The translations under genes were made by a program, and so were the position numbers. The notes beneath the pieces are model-generated. The model searched no databases. It saw only the letters and a list, made by a program, of their open reading frames with translations, and was not told where the DNA came from. A stretch of DNA of 54,735 bases, from the NCBI RefSeq assembly GCF_021028975.2, contig NC_059441.1, positions 5,961,266 to 6,016,000 of the forward strand. The letters are read 5' to 3'. The stretch comes from Sphaerodactylus townsendi. Taxonomy: Eukaryota. Every line of letters begins with the position of its first letter. Positions within the stretch are counted from its first letter, which is position 1. Positions 10,605 through 20,732 of this stretch are shown here, piece by piece.

Positions 10605-13600
10605 TCACAGCACGATTTTAAAGGAGCTGGAAGAGAAGGCGGGGGGGGGGGGAGGGGTGGCTGCTCAGACCTGCTGAGGGGGGCAAAGTTCTCAGGCCCC
10701 GCCCTTGGGGAAGAGCAGCAGGGGTGGCTACCTGGGGAAGTCAGGTGAACGCGAGATGATGTGCTGGAACTCGGAGAGGTTGATGGTCCCATCCTTGTCA
10801 ATGTCTGATTCTTCCAGGATCTGCAGGAGAGAGGGCAGCCGGGGAAGGTCAGGGCAGCGGAGACTCCCTCCCCCTGCCTGGTTCTCCCTCCCCAGGCCTG
10901 CTGACCCAACGCATCCCCCCCCCCCAAGCACTCACATTCTGGATGAGCTGCTCCATCTCCACGGGGCTCAGCCGGCTGTGCTCTCCTTCGCCTGTCAGGC
11001 AGTTCACCAGCTGCTCCAGGTCCTTCTTGTCCAGAGTCCCGTCGTCATCAAAATCTCAAGGAACGAACAGGACAAGAGTTGGCCATTATGCTGTGGGGGG
11101 GGGGATTGACTTGTGCAGAGGGAGCCACTTAAAAGGCTGCTGCTCCCCCGCCCCCCCACCCCCCATCTTCCTAGGGCAGGGAAGAAAGCTCTTATTGAGA
11201 CAGCTCTGCTGGGTGGGTTGCAGACAGCCTGGAAGACCAGCTGGGGACCTTGCCAATCAGGCGTTCCTCCCATTGGGAGGCCCACAACTTTGGACTCCCT
11301 AAACCAGGGGTCTTCAAACTATGGCCCTCCAGATGTTCATGGACTACAATTCCCATCAGCCTCTGCCAGCATGGCTGAGTGGCAGGGCTGATGGGAATTG
11401 TAGTTCATGAACATCTGGGGGGCCATAGTTTGAAGACCCCTGCCCTAAACCAAACCTCACCAAACCTGGATGATATTATCAGGAGAGTCTCCCAAAAAAT
11501 CCCTGAAGTTTTAGTGCCTAAAAACTACACCCTCTGCAGGCCAAAAATGGAAAAACACTGAAAATGCAAAAAATCCCACAAATGAACCTGCAATTTTTGC
11601 ACCCCCCACAAGGCTGCGCCCCTCCCAAAGGGAGTGCCCCCATCCCCCATTGTTTCCAATGGGAGCTAATAGGAGATGGGGGCTACACCTTTGAGGGTCC
11701 ATAACTTTGGACCCCCTGAACCAAACTTCACCAAACCTGGGTTGTATCCTCAGTAGGGTCTCACGAAGATACTCTGAAATTTTGGTGCTGCTATCTTAAT
11801 AATTGCACCCCTGACAACAGGCACCCCCTAAATTTCCCCAGATCTTCCTTTTAAATCCACCCCCTTCCTGCCAATGCTTGTTTTCTTTCTTTCTTTTATT
11901 CTCTCAATGCCTAATAAAGGCTATTATTATTATTATTAAATCCACTCCCTTCGGCATGGATTTAAAGGGAGAATCTGAGGTCCCCAGTTTAAACACTGAA
12001 AGTGATGCTGTTTCAGGGTGGGGGGGATAATCCACCCCAAAACAGCATCACTTTCAATGTTGTTTAACTAGGGAGCCCAGATTCTCCCTTTAAGGTGGAT
12101 TTAAAAGGAGAATCTGGGCTCCCTAGTTTAAACACCATTGAAAATAATGCTGTTTGGGGGGTGGATTCCAGCATCACTTGTTTAAACTAGATACACCACC
12201 ATAAAATGTTTTCACAGCAGTAATAAAACATTTTGAAAGCATTTTGAAAATGTTTTCAAAAATATTTCTGCTGTGTTCAGATTTGTGAGTTGGGGCATGT
12301 TCTATGTGATGGTGACTTTGAAACAACCTGGTGGAAAAAATCTTTGTTTGGTCATGGTGGGGGAGGGTGGTTGCCCATGGGTGGGGGCACCAAACTCAGG
12401 TTTTGCCCAGGGCTCCATTTTGCCTAGGTACGCCTAGTGGGCAGGCAGGGGGGGCCCCAAAGACCAGAGTCTGGCTGCCTTCCTTGAAGGCTGCTCTGAG
12501 ACCACCAGGGCTACAACGACTGAACCAGCCCCCCCTCCTAGATTCTGCCGATTAGCTGCTGCTGGGGGCTGTCCTGGATAACTCTCTTCCCCTGCGTGCC
12601 CCCCCCCTCCAAGCGTTGTCACATTTTAATCTGGCTTTTCCTCCAGGAAACTGAAGCCTAGCATGAGGTTTCCCCCGCTCCCATTCCAGCCTCAGTGACA
12701 ACCCTGCAAGGTAGACCCAGCTGAGAGAGGGCGAAGAAGGAGCCAAGCATCCTGCCCCGCCCCCCCGCCCCGCCTTCGCTGCCCGGGCCGGCCGCGGGGC
12801 GCCGCTGCTGCTGCTCCTCCTGCTCACCGAAGATGCGGAAGGCGTAGTGGGACTTGAGCTCCGCGGAAGCGGCCTCGCTGAAGACGCTCAGCAGGTCCAG
12901 GAAGTCCTCGAAGGACAGGCCGCCCTCCCCGTCGGCGGCCGTCGAGAAGACCTGACAGATGCGCGCGCCGAAGGGGTTGGCCTGCCGGGCGACACGAGAG
13001 CTGAGCGGAGCGGGGGGGGGGGGCGCCTCCTTGGCTCAAGGCCGGACGCCTCGGCGGGGGGGGGGGGGGGGGGAGGCTCGGGCGGAGAGCGGGAGTGGCG
13101 AAGACGGCCGTTCTCTGGCGGGGCAGACAGGAGACGCTCCGCTTTCTCTGCTGGGACCGCGCGGGGGTGGGGGGGGGGTCTGAGGTGCCAAACGCCCGGG
13201 TCCCCCCCCCGCCTCCCTCCCTCCCTCCCTCCGGGGCCAACAGGCTTCCGGACCCCACCGCAGGGAGAAATGTCCCCCCGCCCGCCCCAGCAACCTGGGG
13301 CTCTCCCCCCCCCCCGGAGATGGAGCCGAGGCCCCCCCAGGCCCGGCCTACCCGCAGCTCCGGCAGCAGCAGCATCGTTCTCCGGGGGAGCCTGGTGAGC
13401 AAAGCGCGGTCCCGCTCCTCTTTGGGCAGCAGCTCGCTGAAGCGCCGGTGAGCCCTGCGAGGCAAAGAGGCCTTGCCTGGGCCCGGGGCCAGCCGAGGGG
13501 CGCCGCTCGACCCCCCGCCCCCCCGAGCACGGCCACAGAGGCCTCCGCCGGCCCCGCCCTCCCCCCTCCCCCCGGGTGGAGCTACTCACAGCAAGATCTC

Positions 13601-13765
13601 CTGCTTGCTCAGGAAGGTCAACTCCTAGGAGGGCAGCGGAGAGCAGGAGTGAGTGGCGGCCCCCAGGCCCCGCCCCCCACCCCCCATGTCCCGCTCCGCT
13701 CTCCCCCCCCCCACCTGGTACTCGCTCAGCAGGTCCCGCGGCAGGTGGCTGCCCGAGCCCCCCAT
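10605..13765 (-). CDS. CIB1: Calcium- and integrin-binding protein 1 (EF-hand, N-myristoylation motif)
   Basis: Seven coding exons: 13765-13715, 13624-13590, 13454-13352, 12981-12828, 11054-10936, 10820-10732, 10626-10605, all GT-AG. Protein MGGSGSHLPRDLLSEYQELTFLSKQEILLAHRRF...LSFEDFLDLLSVFS...YAFRIFDFDDDGTLDK...ESDIDKDGTINLSEFQHIISRSPDFPSSFKIVL. Confidence 0.96.
11305..11442. mobile_element. Palindromic hAT (Charlie-like) MITE
   Basis: Near-perfect hairpin CAGGGGTCTTCAAACT...AGTTTGAAGACCCCTG with 8-bp TSD CCCTAAAC. Confidence 0.88.
11450..12440. mobile_element. Probable larger non-autonomous DNA transposon hosting the 11305 MITE
   Basis: AT-richer segment with internal direct and inverted repeats (CCAAAC[C/T]TCACCAAACCTGG; GGATTTAAA...GAGAATCTG; AAACAGCATCACTTTCA). 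Boundaries approximate. Confidence 0.45.
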
Positions 13766-13953
13766 GGCCGCCGCCCGGCCGCTTCCTCCTCCGTCTTCTG
13801 CTGCGCCTCGGCCGCCGCGCGCACTTCCTCCTCGGGCAGGGGGCGGGACCGGCCAGCCCCACGCCCGCCCCCCCAGGAGCCCGGCCGCCCGCTCGGGCCA
13901 GACTCGCCCTTCGGCCCCTCTAGACGGCCGGCTCAGGGCGCCACCCACTCGTC
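13766..13953. promoter_or_regulatory. Bidirectional CpG-island promoter for CIB1/GDPGP1
   Basis: 188 bp between divergent ATGs, GC boxes (GGGGGCGGGA, CCCGCCCC), inside a CpG island of roughly 12750-15550. Confidence 0.7.
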
Positions 13954-15072
13954 ATGGCGGCCACGGAGCCTCCGCCGCAGGACGGGCCCGGCGCGGGCGC
14001 GGAGGTCTTCTGCTACGCGCCCGAGGAGGACTTCGTCCGGGAGGGCGTCGAGTGGGCGGGGGGCGGCGGCGGGCCGTCGGCCTTCGACCGAGCGCTGCAG
14101 CGCAGCTGGACGGACCGGCTGGAACGGGGGCTCTTCCGCTACCGGCTGGGGGACCTGCAGACGCGGCTGCTGCCCGGGCCCGCCGGCTTCGTGGCGCAGC
14201 TGAACCCGCGGCGCGGCTCGGACCGGAGGCGGCCGCAGGAGGTGTGGAGCGTCCGGCAGAGCTTCGACCCGCGCCAGTTCAACTTCACGCAGATCCGGCC
14301 GGCCGAGGTGCTCTTCGCGCTGGGCCCCCGCCGACCCCCCCAACCCCCGGGGCCCCCCTCGCCGCCGCCGCCGGTCCTGGTGGCCATCAACGTCAGCCCG
14401 CTGGAGTTCGGCCACGTGCTGCTGCTGCCGGAGCCGTCGCGGGGGCTGCCGCAGGTGCTGACGGCCGAGGCGCTGCGGGCGGGCCTGGACGCGCTGCTGC
14501 TGAGCGGGCGGGCGGCCTTCCGCGTGGGCTTCAACAGCCTGGGCGCCGGCGCCTCCGTCAACCACCTGCACCTGCACGCCTTCTACCTGGAGCGCCCGCT
14601 GCGCCTGGAGGCGGCGCCCTGCCGGCCCCTGCTGCCCGACGCCGGCCTCTACCTCCTGCAGGGCGGCCCCGCGCCGGGCCTGCTCTTCTACCACGGCGGC
14701 GGCGGCGGCGGGCAGGGCCTGGACGAGCTGTCGCGCCGCGTGTGCCGCCTGACCGACCACCTGGCGCGGCACGAGGTGGCGCACAACCTGTTCGCCACGC
14801 GCGGGGCCGCGCCCGAGGGCCCCCCGCACGCCCGGCCGGGCATCCGCGTGGCGCTGTGGCCGCGGCGCGCCTGCTTCGGCGCCAAGGACGGGGCCGCCTT
14901 CAACGTGGCCCTCTGCGAGCTGGCCGGACACCTGCCCGTCAAGACGGCCGCCCACTTCGAGGCGCTCACCGAGGCCGCCGCCCTGCGCCTCGTCCGCGAC
15001 CACCTCCTGCCCGAGCCCCACTTCGCCCGGCTGCAGCGGGACCTGGTCGCCCTCCTCCGCCGCCACGAGTGA
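13954..15072 (+). CDS. GDPGP1: GDP-D-glucose phosphorylase 1 (HIT family), single coding exon, 372 aa
   Basis: Intact ORF with GLFRYRL, GFVAQLN, FDPRQFNF, INVSPLEFGHVLL, FRVGFNSLGAGASVNHLHLH (HIT-like motif) and FNVALCELAGHLP. Syntenic position next to CIB1. Confidence 0.95.
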   Translation: MAATEPPPQDGPGAGAEVFCYAPEEDFVREGVEWAGGGGGPSAFDRALQRSWTDRLERGLFRYRLGDLQTRLLPGPAGFVAQLNPRRGSDRRRPQEVWSVRQSFDPRQFNFTQIRPAEVLFALGPRRPPQPPGPPSPPPPVLVAINVSPLEFGHVLLLPEPSRGLPQVLTAEALRAGLDALLLSGRAAFRVGFNSLGAGASVNHLHLHAFYLERPLRLEAAPCRPLLPDAGLYLLQGGPAPGLLFYHGGGGGGQGLDELSRRVCRLTDHLARHEVAHNLFATRGAAPEGPPHARPGIRVALWPRRACFGAKDGAAFNVALCELAGHLPVKTAAHFEALTEAAALRLVRDHLLPEPHFARLQRDLVALLRRHE

Positions 15073-15394
15073 CCCACCTCCTCCCCCCCCACTCCTGCCC
15101 TGGCCAGCCGTGGGGCGGCTCCCTGCAAGGCTGGCTGCGGCCCGGAGTGGGGGCCTCGGAGGGGCACGGACAAGGGAGCTCCGGTTCTGCAACCAGGCAG
15201 GCTTGGGGGGGGGGGGGGTTCCAATCACGGGCGGGGTCTCTGCTGCGCCTGCACCTTTCATGTGGCATTTCACTGCGAGGGGGGGGAGGAATGGAGCCTC
15301 CATGTGCGGGAGCAGAAGCCGGACACAGCCGGCGCCGCCCGGATATCCGCCCCCCCTGAAAACCCAAGCCAGGCGCGCTCAGGCTCCGCTGGGA

Positions 15395-15560
15395 AAGTGC
15401 TGCCAATCGGGGGCGGAGCCAGCGCGCTACGGACGGGCCAATGAGGAGCGAGAGGTCGCTGGCGTCACGGAGAACGAGACGCCTGCTGGCAGCGAGCACG
15501 GCTGTGTGGAGCTCCGCCCCTCCCTGGCCCAAAGGGGCGGAGCCAGGTGTCGCCCTGGTG
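15395..15560 (+). promoter_or_regulatory. CCAAT/GC-box promoter, probably of TTLL13
   Basis: GCCAATCGGGGGCGGAGCC, GGCCAATGAG, CTCCGCCCC and GGGGCGGAGCC clustered about 350-500 bp upstream of the TTLL13 ATG. Confidence 0.55.
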
Positions 15561-15909
15561 ACGGCGTAAGGACGGGAAGCCCACGCACCGCCCCCCCTCC
15601 CCCAGTGTGAGCCGCGTGGCAGGTGAGGGGGCAGGTGGAAGACCCTCCCGCCCTTTGGCCCCTGGGGCACCTCCCGGGGGACCCCCTGGCTGGCAGGTGG
15701 CAACGGGCTTCTCCAGGGGTGCCCCCCCATCACAACTGGTGATCAGGGCGCCCTGGGAAAGATGGCCACTGCAAGTCCCCCCTTCTTTGCCCTGCCTTGG
15801 CTGTAAGCGCCTGGCTGACTTGGCCAGGTAGAGGCAGTGCTGAGGAGGGGGAGGGAGGGAGCAGCAGCCCCCCCCCTCTGTCTCTGTCCCAAGAGGGCCT
15901 GAGAGGAGG

Positions 15910-18810
15910 ATGAAGATCAGTGCAGAGGGAAGCAGTGACCCTGAGGGTGAAACTGGGGAGGAGGAGGAGGAGGAGGAAGCCTCTCCCAGGAAGCCACAGG
16001 GCCCCAGTCCAGGGCACAGAAGCAAAGCAGGCAGCAGGAAGGGCCAGCCAGGGGGGTCACCAGTCCATCTGGAGAGGATGGCTGAGGAGTGGCATGCCGA
16101 GCAGTCCAAGAGGAGGAAAAGGGAAAAGTTCAGGCCAGTGGTCTTCCCTTGCCCTGCATTCCCACGCTGGCAGCCCCACAGCAAGCTGTGGACTCCCGTC
16201 TCCTCATTGTTGGAGGTGGTTTGGGATTGCACCCCTTTCTTGCTGAGCCTTGGGGCGGGGGGGGGGGGCAGCCCTCCCTCCCTCCCTCTGGCTAGTGGCA
16301 GCTCTGTCCAGCCTCTGAACAGTTCCTTCCTTGGTTCCAGGCAGCTCTCCATCAACCTGTCCAGCTGCAAATACGAGAGCAGTAAGTCAGGTGCTTCTCC
16401 CTCTAGCTGGACAGCCCCGGGCAGGAAGGGGCCTTCCTGGGTTTCCCACAGTGGCCGCGGAGCGGACTTGGCATCCAGGCTGAGGAGGAGGAGGCATGGG
16501 ATCCCTGCCCTAGAGAAACAGTTCCCAGGGCCCCGCTAGGGATGCTTCTGCGGGGCACCCTGTTGCATTGACTCCGGTCCTGGGGCGTGGACTGTGGCAG
16601 CCCCCTCCTCCTGCCAACAGACAGGTAAATGCCTCTCCCCCTTTCGCTGCAGTGAGGCGTGCTGCTCGGCACTGTGGCCTGAAAGTCGGCAAAGACTAGA
16701 AGTGGACAGTTTACTGGACTGACTTCTCTGTCTCGCTGGAGCAGGTCATGGAGATGAGGAGGTTTCAGGTACCTGCTGTGGAATCACGGACGTCTCTAGT
16801 TTTGAAAAGCCTCCTGTAGCCAGCAGATTCTGAAATGCCACGAGACCTCCACTGCTCCCGCTGCCACTTCTCCTGCCAGCTCCTAGAAATTCCCAACACC
16901 AATCAGCACGCTTGCCGAGAAGCCTGTGGGCTGCCCCTACCAGACGTCTTTGCCTCTGTGAAGCCACCTTCGGGTGTCCTACCCAAACAAAAAAAACCAA
17001 TTGTGGCATCAGGTTAATGAATCAGTGGTGGTGTGTTTATTTGCACTCTTTGTAGTGCATCTTTCTCACAGGGACTCAAGCTGCATTACAGCCAACAAAG
17101 TGGAACATTCCATAAACAACAACATCACAACACAACACAAGCCTTTATTGGCATATAAAACAGGACAAAATTTTAAAACAAAACAAGGTTAAGAAATACA
17201 GTTAAAATTACTAATTTCCAGTATAAAATTTGCAACAGTTTCACAAAAGAGTACATCAGAGCTGTTCAGGAGATTGGGTATCTTATAACACTCATGCCAC
17301 TGAGAACATTGCAAGAAAATGGAATTCATGTATTTCATGCATATCTTATTGTATTTAGGGCATAGAAACAGAGAATAGTCAAGTATTTCAACCGTAGTCA
17401 TATCACATGAACAAACTCTTTTTGAACGTTCCATATTCTTGAATCTTCCCTCCAGCAGAGCTGATGGCAGCACATTACATCTTGCAGTAGCCGAGGCTCT
17501 CCTCTGGGTGGGATTAATCAGCAGACGAAGATATGCTGCCATAATTCCACGCTCGCATGGGATTAATAATGTAGTCAGAGAACAGGTTGTCTTGGCAGCA
17601 CGAGTCAAATTATGAAAATCAAGATCCAAGAGCCTATTCTTAACTAGTCTGAAGGCTTCCACCTTTGTGAGCATAAGGAGAGATTCCAAGGGGAAACCAA
17701 TGGCTTCAACCTTTCCAAAGATCAAAGTATACCATTCTGAAATAAAGTGATCTCATAACAGAGAGGGAATATAGCTATTGGATATTCCATAAACAGTGCA
17801 TTGGGATTGTAGAACTCTAGGACCCCCCCCGAAAGAACAGAAGACACACTAAGCAGTGCAAAAATTACATGATACAATCCTCCTCTGAGTAGGCTGCCCT
17901 GCTTTGACTAAGCGCATAGACCACAGTCCCTAATCATTTATCCAAGTAGGTTGAGGAACTATTTTGTCCAGAGCAAACCTCCTTTCGGTGCACAAAAGCC
18001 TTCCAGAGCCATCCAGTTGTCTCTAGATTGCAGAAAGCCCAGACAGGGAGACCCTTCCCCCGCCGGCCTCCTCAGACAGGCTGTGCAAACGGGTGAGGGG
18101 CGTCTATGGGAATCATGGAATTAGCAGTCTTTCGGTAAAGTTATATACAAAGTCATTCAGGAAAAAACATATAGTGAGAGGGAAACATGGGAGGCTGAAA
18201 CTGCAGGGGGCAAAATACAAATGTGGACAAACAAATCCCTGTAAACATTAATAGCAACAGGCAGGACTTGCAGGTCACATGTAGGGCAAAAATACCAGCT
18301 GAACCTTAGTCTGCTTGTCTATTTCAAAACTGCGTTACAGGTGGGCATTCCTTTTGCTAGATGCGCTGGCAGCACCACGGGGCAGCTCCCCTGCTCTTGC
18401 TCTGTTTCAGAAAATAAACCATTTCCCAGGCATGGCCGAGATTGCCGCAAGGACCTGCTGGCCCCCAGCCTCAGCCTCTTCCCCAAGGAGGACGGCATCT
18501 TCCCCTGCTCGTGGTGTTTGCCGGCTGAGTGAGTGGCTGACGTGGGCTGCCTGCAGCCCCAGCCCCCAGGAATCTGGCATAAAGGAGAGGGGGAGGCTCC
18601 CAGATAGCATGAGTTGCCCCGACTTTCAGGGCCCCTGTGGCTATGTGGTTTTGTTCCTGTGCAGCTATGGGGACTTCCAAGCCTACGGGCGAATGAGGAA
18701 GAACAGGACACACATTTGCAAGCCAGACAGCGGCTGCCAAGGACGAGGCATCTTCATTACGCGCAACCCCAAGGAGGTCAAGCATGGCACTCATCCAGCA
18801 TGCCAGCCCA
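15910..18810 (+). pseudogene. TTLL13: Tubulin polyglutamylase TTLL13, degraded and 3'-truncated
   Basis: Exon remnants 15910-16133 (acidic N-terminus, KRRKREK), 16341-16381 (RQLSINLSSCKYES), 16653-16768 (RRAARHCGLKVGKD*KWTVYWTDFSVSLEQVMEMRRFQ; TAG at 16697-16699), 18411-18528 (KINHFPGMAEI then frameshift to CRKDLLA...FPCSWCLPA), 18665-~18810 (YGDFQAYGR...ICKPDSGCQGRGIFITRNPKEVKHG). No downstream catalytic exons before NGRN. Confidence 0.88.
17115..17790 (-). mobile_element. LINE 3' fragment (RTE-X-like)
   Basis: ORF 17189-17725 has RRASATARCNVLPSALLEGRF...RVCSCD...FLCPKY (degenerate C-terminal zinc knuckle), followed by AATAAA and a (TTG/TTGTG)n tail. Confidence 0.7.
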
Positions 18811-18971
18811 CCCCCGCTCCGGCCCCGCGGCCCCGCTGCCCCTTGGCCAGCCTAGGTAGCCCCCGCCCGCCCGCCCGCCTGCCTTCTCTTAGGGAAGAGC
18901 CTGAGAGCCAATGTCCCGCTGGAGTGCCGCCCCCCACCCTGCCCTGCCACTTTTGTAACTGTATTAAATTT

Positions 18972-19456
18972 AGACGTCTGAGGGGGGATATGATTGAAGT
19001 CTATAAAATTATGCCTGGGGTAGAAAATGTTGACAGAGAGGAATTTTTTTCTCTTTCTCACAATACTAGAACCAGTATTCATTGAAATTCATTGAAAATG
19101 CTGGGGGGAAGAATTAGGACTAATAAAAGGAAACACTTCTTCATGCAACGTGTGATTGGTGTTTGGAATATGCTGCCACAGGAGGTGGTGATGGCCACTC
19201 ACCTGGATAGCTTTAAAAAGGGCTTGGGCAGATTGATGGAGGAGAAGTCGATCTCTGGCTACCAATCTTGATCCTCCTTGATCTGAGATTGCAAATGCCT
19301 TAGCAGACCAGGTGCTCAGGAGCAGCAGCAGAAGGCCATTGCGTTCACTTCCTGCAGGTGAGCTCCCAAAGGCACCTGGTGGGCCACTGCGAGTAGCAGA
19401 GAGCTGGACTAGATGGACTCTGGTCTGATCCAGCAGGCTCGTTCTTATGTTCTTAT
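18972..19456 (+). mobile_element. CR1 LINE 3' fragment
   Basis: RRLRGDMIEVYKIM...[16 protein letters not shown]1 3' UTR and TTCTTATGTTCTTA tail. Confidence 0.9.
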
Positions 19457-19711
19457 TATTTTATGTATTATTTTTACATATACAATATACAATACATAGT
19501 TTAGTTATTAAATGTATTATTTCCATCCGAATGTTTTGAATTTTTGGATGTTCCAGCCAGTGGCTCTAACAGTCAATACGGCGCCCGTTCCCCCCGCCGG
19601 CTCTTTCCCGTCTTCCGGGGCGGGGCCGCGGCGGCTCGGCCTTGCCTTTGCCCTCGTGTGCGCGCGCGCGCGCGCGCGCCGCTCTTCCGCCGGCTGCCTG
19701 CTTGGGCCGCG

Positions 19712-20280
19712 ATGGCCGCGCGCTGGGGGCGGTGGCGGGCGCTGGGCCTGCGGGCGGGGCTCGGGGCGCTGGAGTCGGAGGAGGAGGCGGCGGCCAGGTA
19801 GGGGGAGGGGAGCGGGGGGGGGGGCGTCTGAGGACCCCCGCGACGAGCCAGCTGCTCTGCCCCGACAGGTCCCTCCGCCGAGAGGCCCCGGAGGAGTGGC
19901 CGGTCTCCCGCCTGGCGCGCAGCTTCGAGGTGAGCCCCGACGTCGTCGCCAGGATCCTGCGGAGCCGCTTCTCGCCTTCCCCGCGACGGGCGCTGGCGCA
20001 GGACAGCCGGGTGCAGGCCCCGCGGAGCAGTGGCGGGGGCGGCCTGCCGGCGCCGGCCAGCCCAGGGCTGCTCCCCAGCCGTGCGGGGGTCGCGGCGCTC
20101 CTGGCCCCGGGGCCGGCGCAGAGGAAGAGGCCCGGCGGCGGCGCCCCTCCGCTCGCAAGCAGCCCCCCGCCGAGCCCCGCCGAGGATGAGCAGCCCCGCC
20201 GCCTGCGGGCTGTGCGGAAGGGCCGCGAGGTGGTGGACGAGGAGGGGAACCTGCTGTACAGGATCCCCCCCAGGAGCTGA
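19712..20280 (+). CDS. NGRN: Neugrin (mitochondrial ribosome biogenesis factor), two exons as assembled
   Basis: Exon 19712-19797 (MAARWGRWRALGLRAG..., Arg-rich targeting-like) and exon 19869-20280 (RSLRREAPEEWPVSRLARSFEVSPDVVARILRSRF ... KGREVVDEEGNLLYRI). These match the Neugrin core and the conserved C-terminal GREFFDSNGNFLYRI motif. Syntenic after TTLL13. Confidence 0.85.
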
Positions 20281-20641
20281 GGCGGCTGGGTGCCTGGGGC
20301 GATCTGGGGGGGGGGCTCCTCTGGCAGAACGGGCTGAAAGCCCCACCCCCGTGGCTGGCTGCGTAGACCTGCAGCCCTGGTGGGTGGTCGCCCAGCGCCT
20401 CCCTGCCACCACAGCATTTGACTTGGCATTTCCAGGCTGCCCCGTTGAGTCAGGGCAGGGGGGAGAGGACTTGCCCACATGGGGGGCCCAGGTTCTCTGT
20501 CTAGTGGTCTTCGTAACATTCTCTGGCCTGGAGGGCAGGAAGATCCGGAGAGGGGGNNNNNNNNNNNNNNNNNNNNNNNNNNNNNNNNNNNNNNNNNNNN
20601 NNNNNNNNNNNNNNNNNNNNNNNNNNNNNNNNNNNNNNNNN

Positions 20642-20732
20642 CCGCCGCCACCGCCGCCGCCGCCGCCAACAGGAGCTGCAGCGCCGCCGCCCACAGAGCG
20701 CCGGTCCTCCCGGCAGCCCCCGACGAGCCCAT
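20642..20732 (-). CDS. SEMA4B: Probable SEMA4B first coding exon (signal peptide), cut by assembly gap
   Basis: ATG at 20732 in a CpG island encodes MGSSGAAGRTGALWAAALQLLLAAAAAVAA, a signal-peptide-like sequence running into Ns. It lies head-to-head with IDH2, where SEMA4B exon 1 sits in mammals. Identity is inferred from synteny. Confidence 0.6.

Noticed and set aside
13653-15359. Long overlapping ORFs (568 aa +, 456 aa -) over GDPGP1
   Set aside because: Shadow frames of a very GC-rich CDS; low-complexity Ala/Gly/Pro/Arg translation with no recognisable domain.
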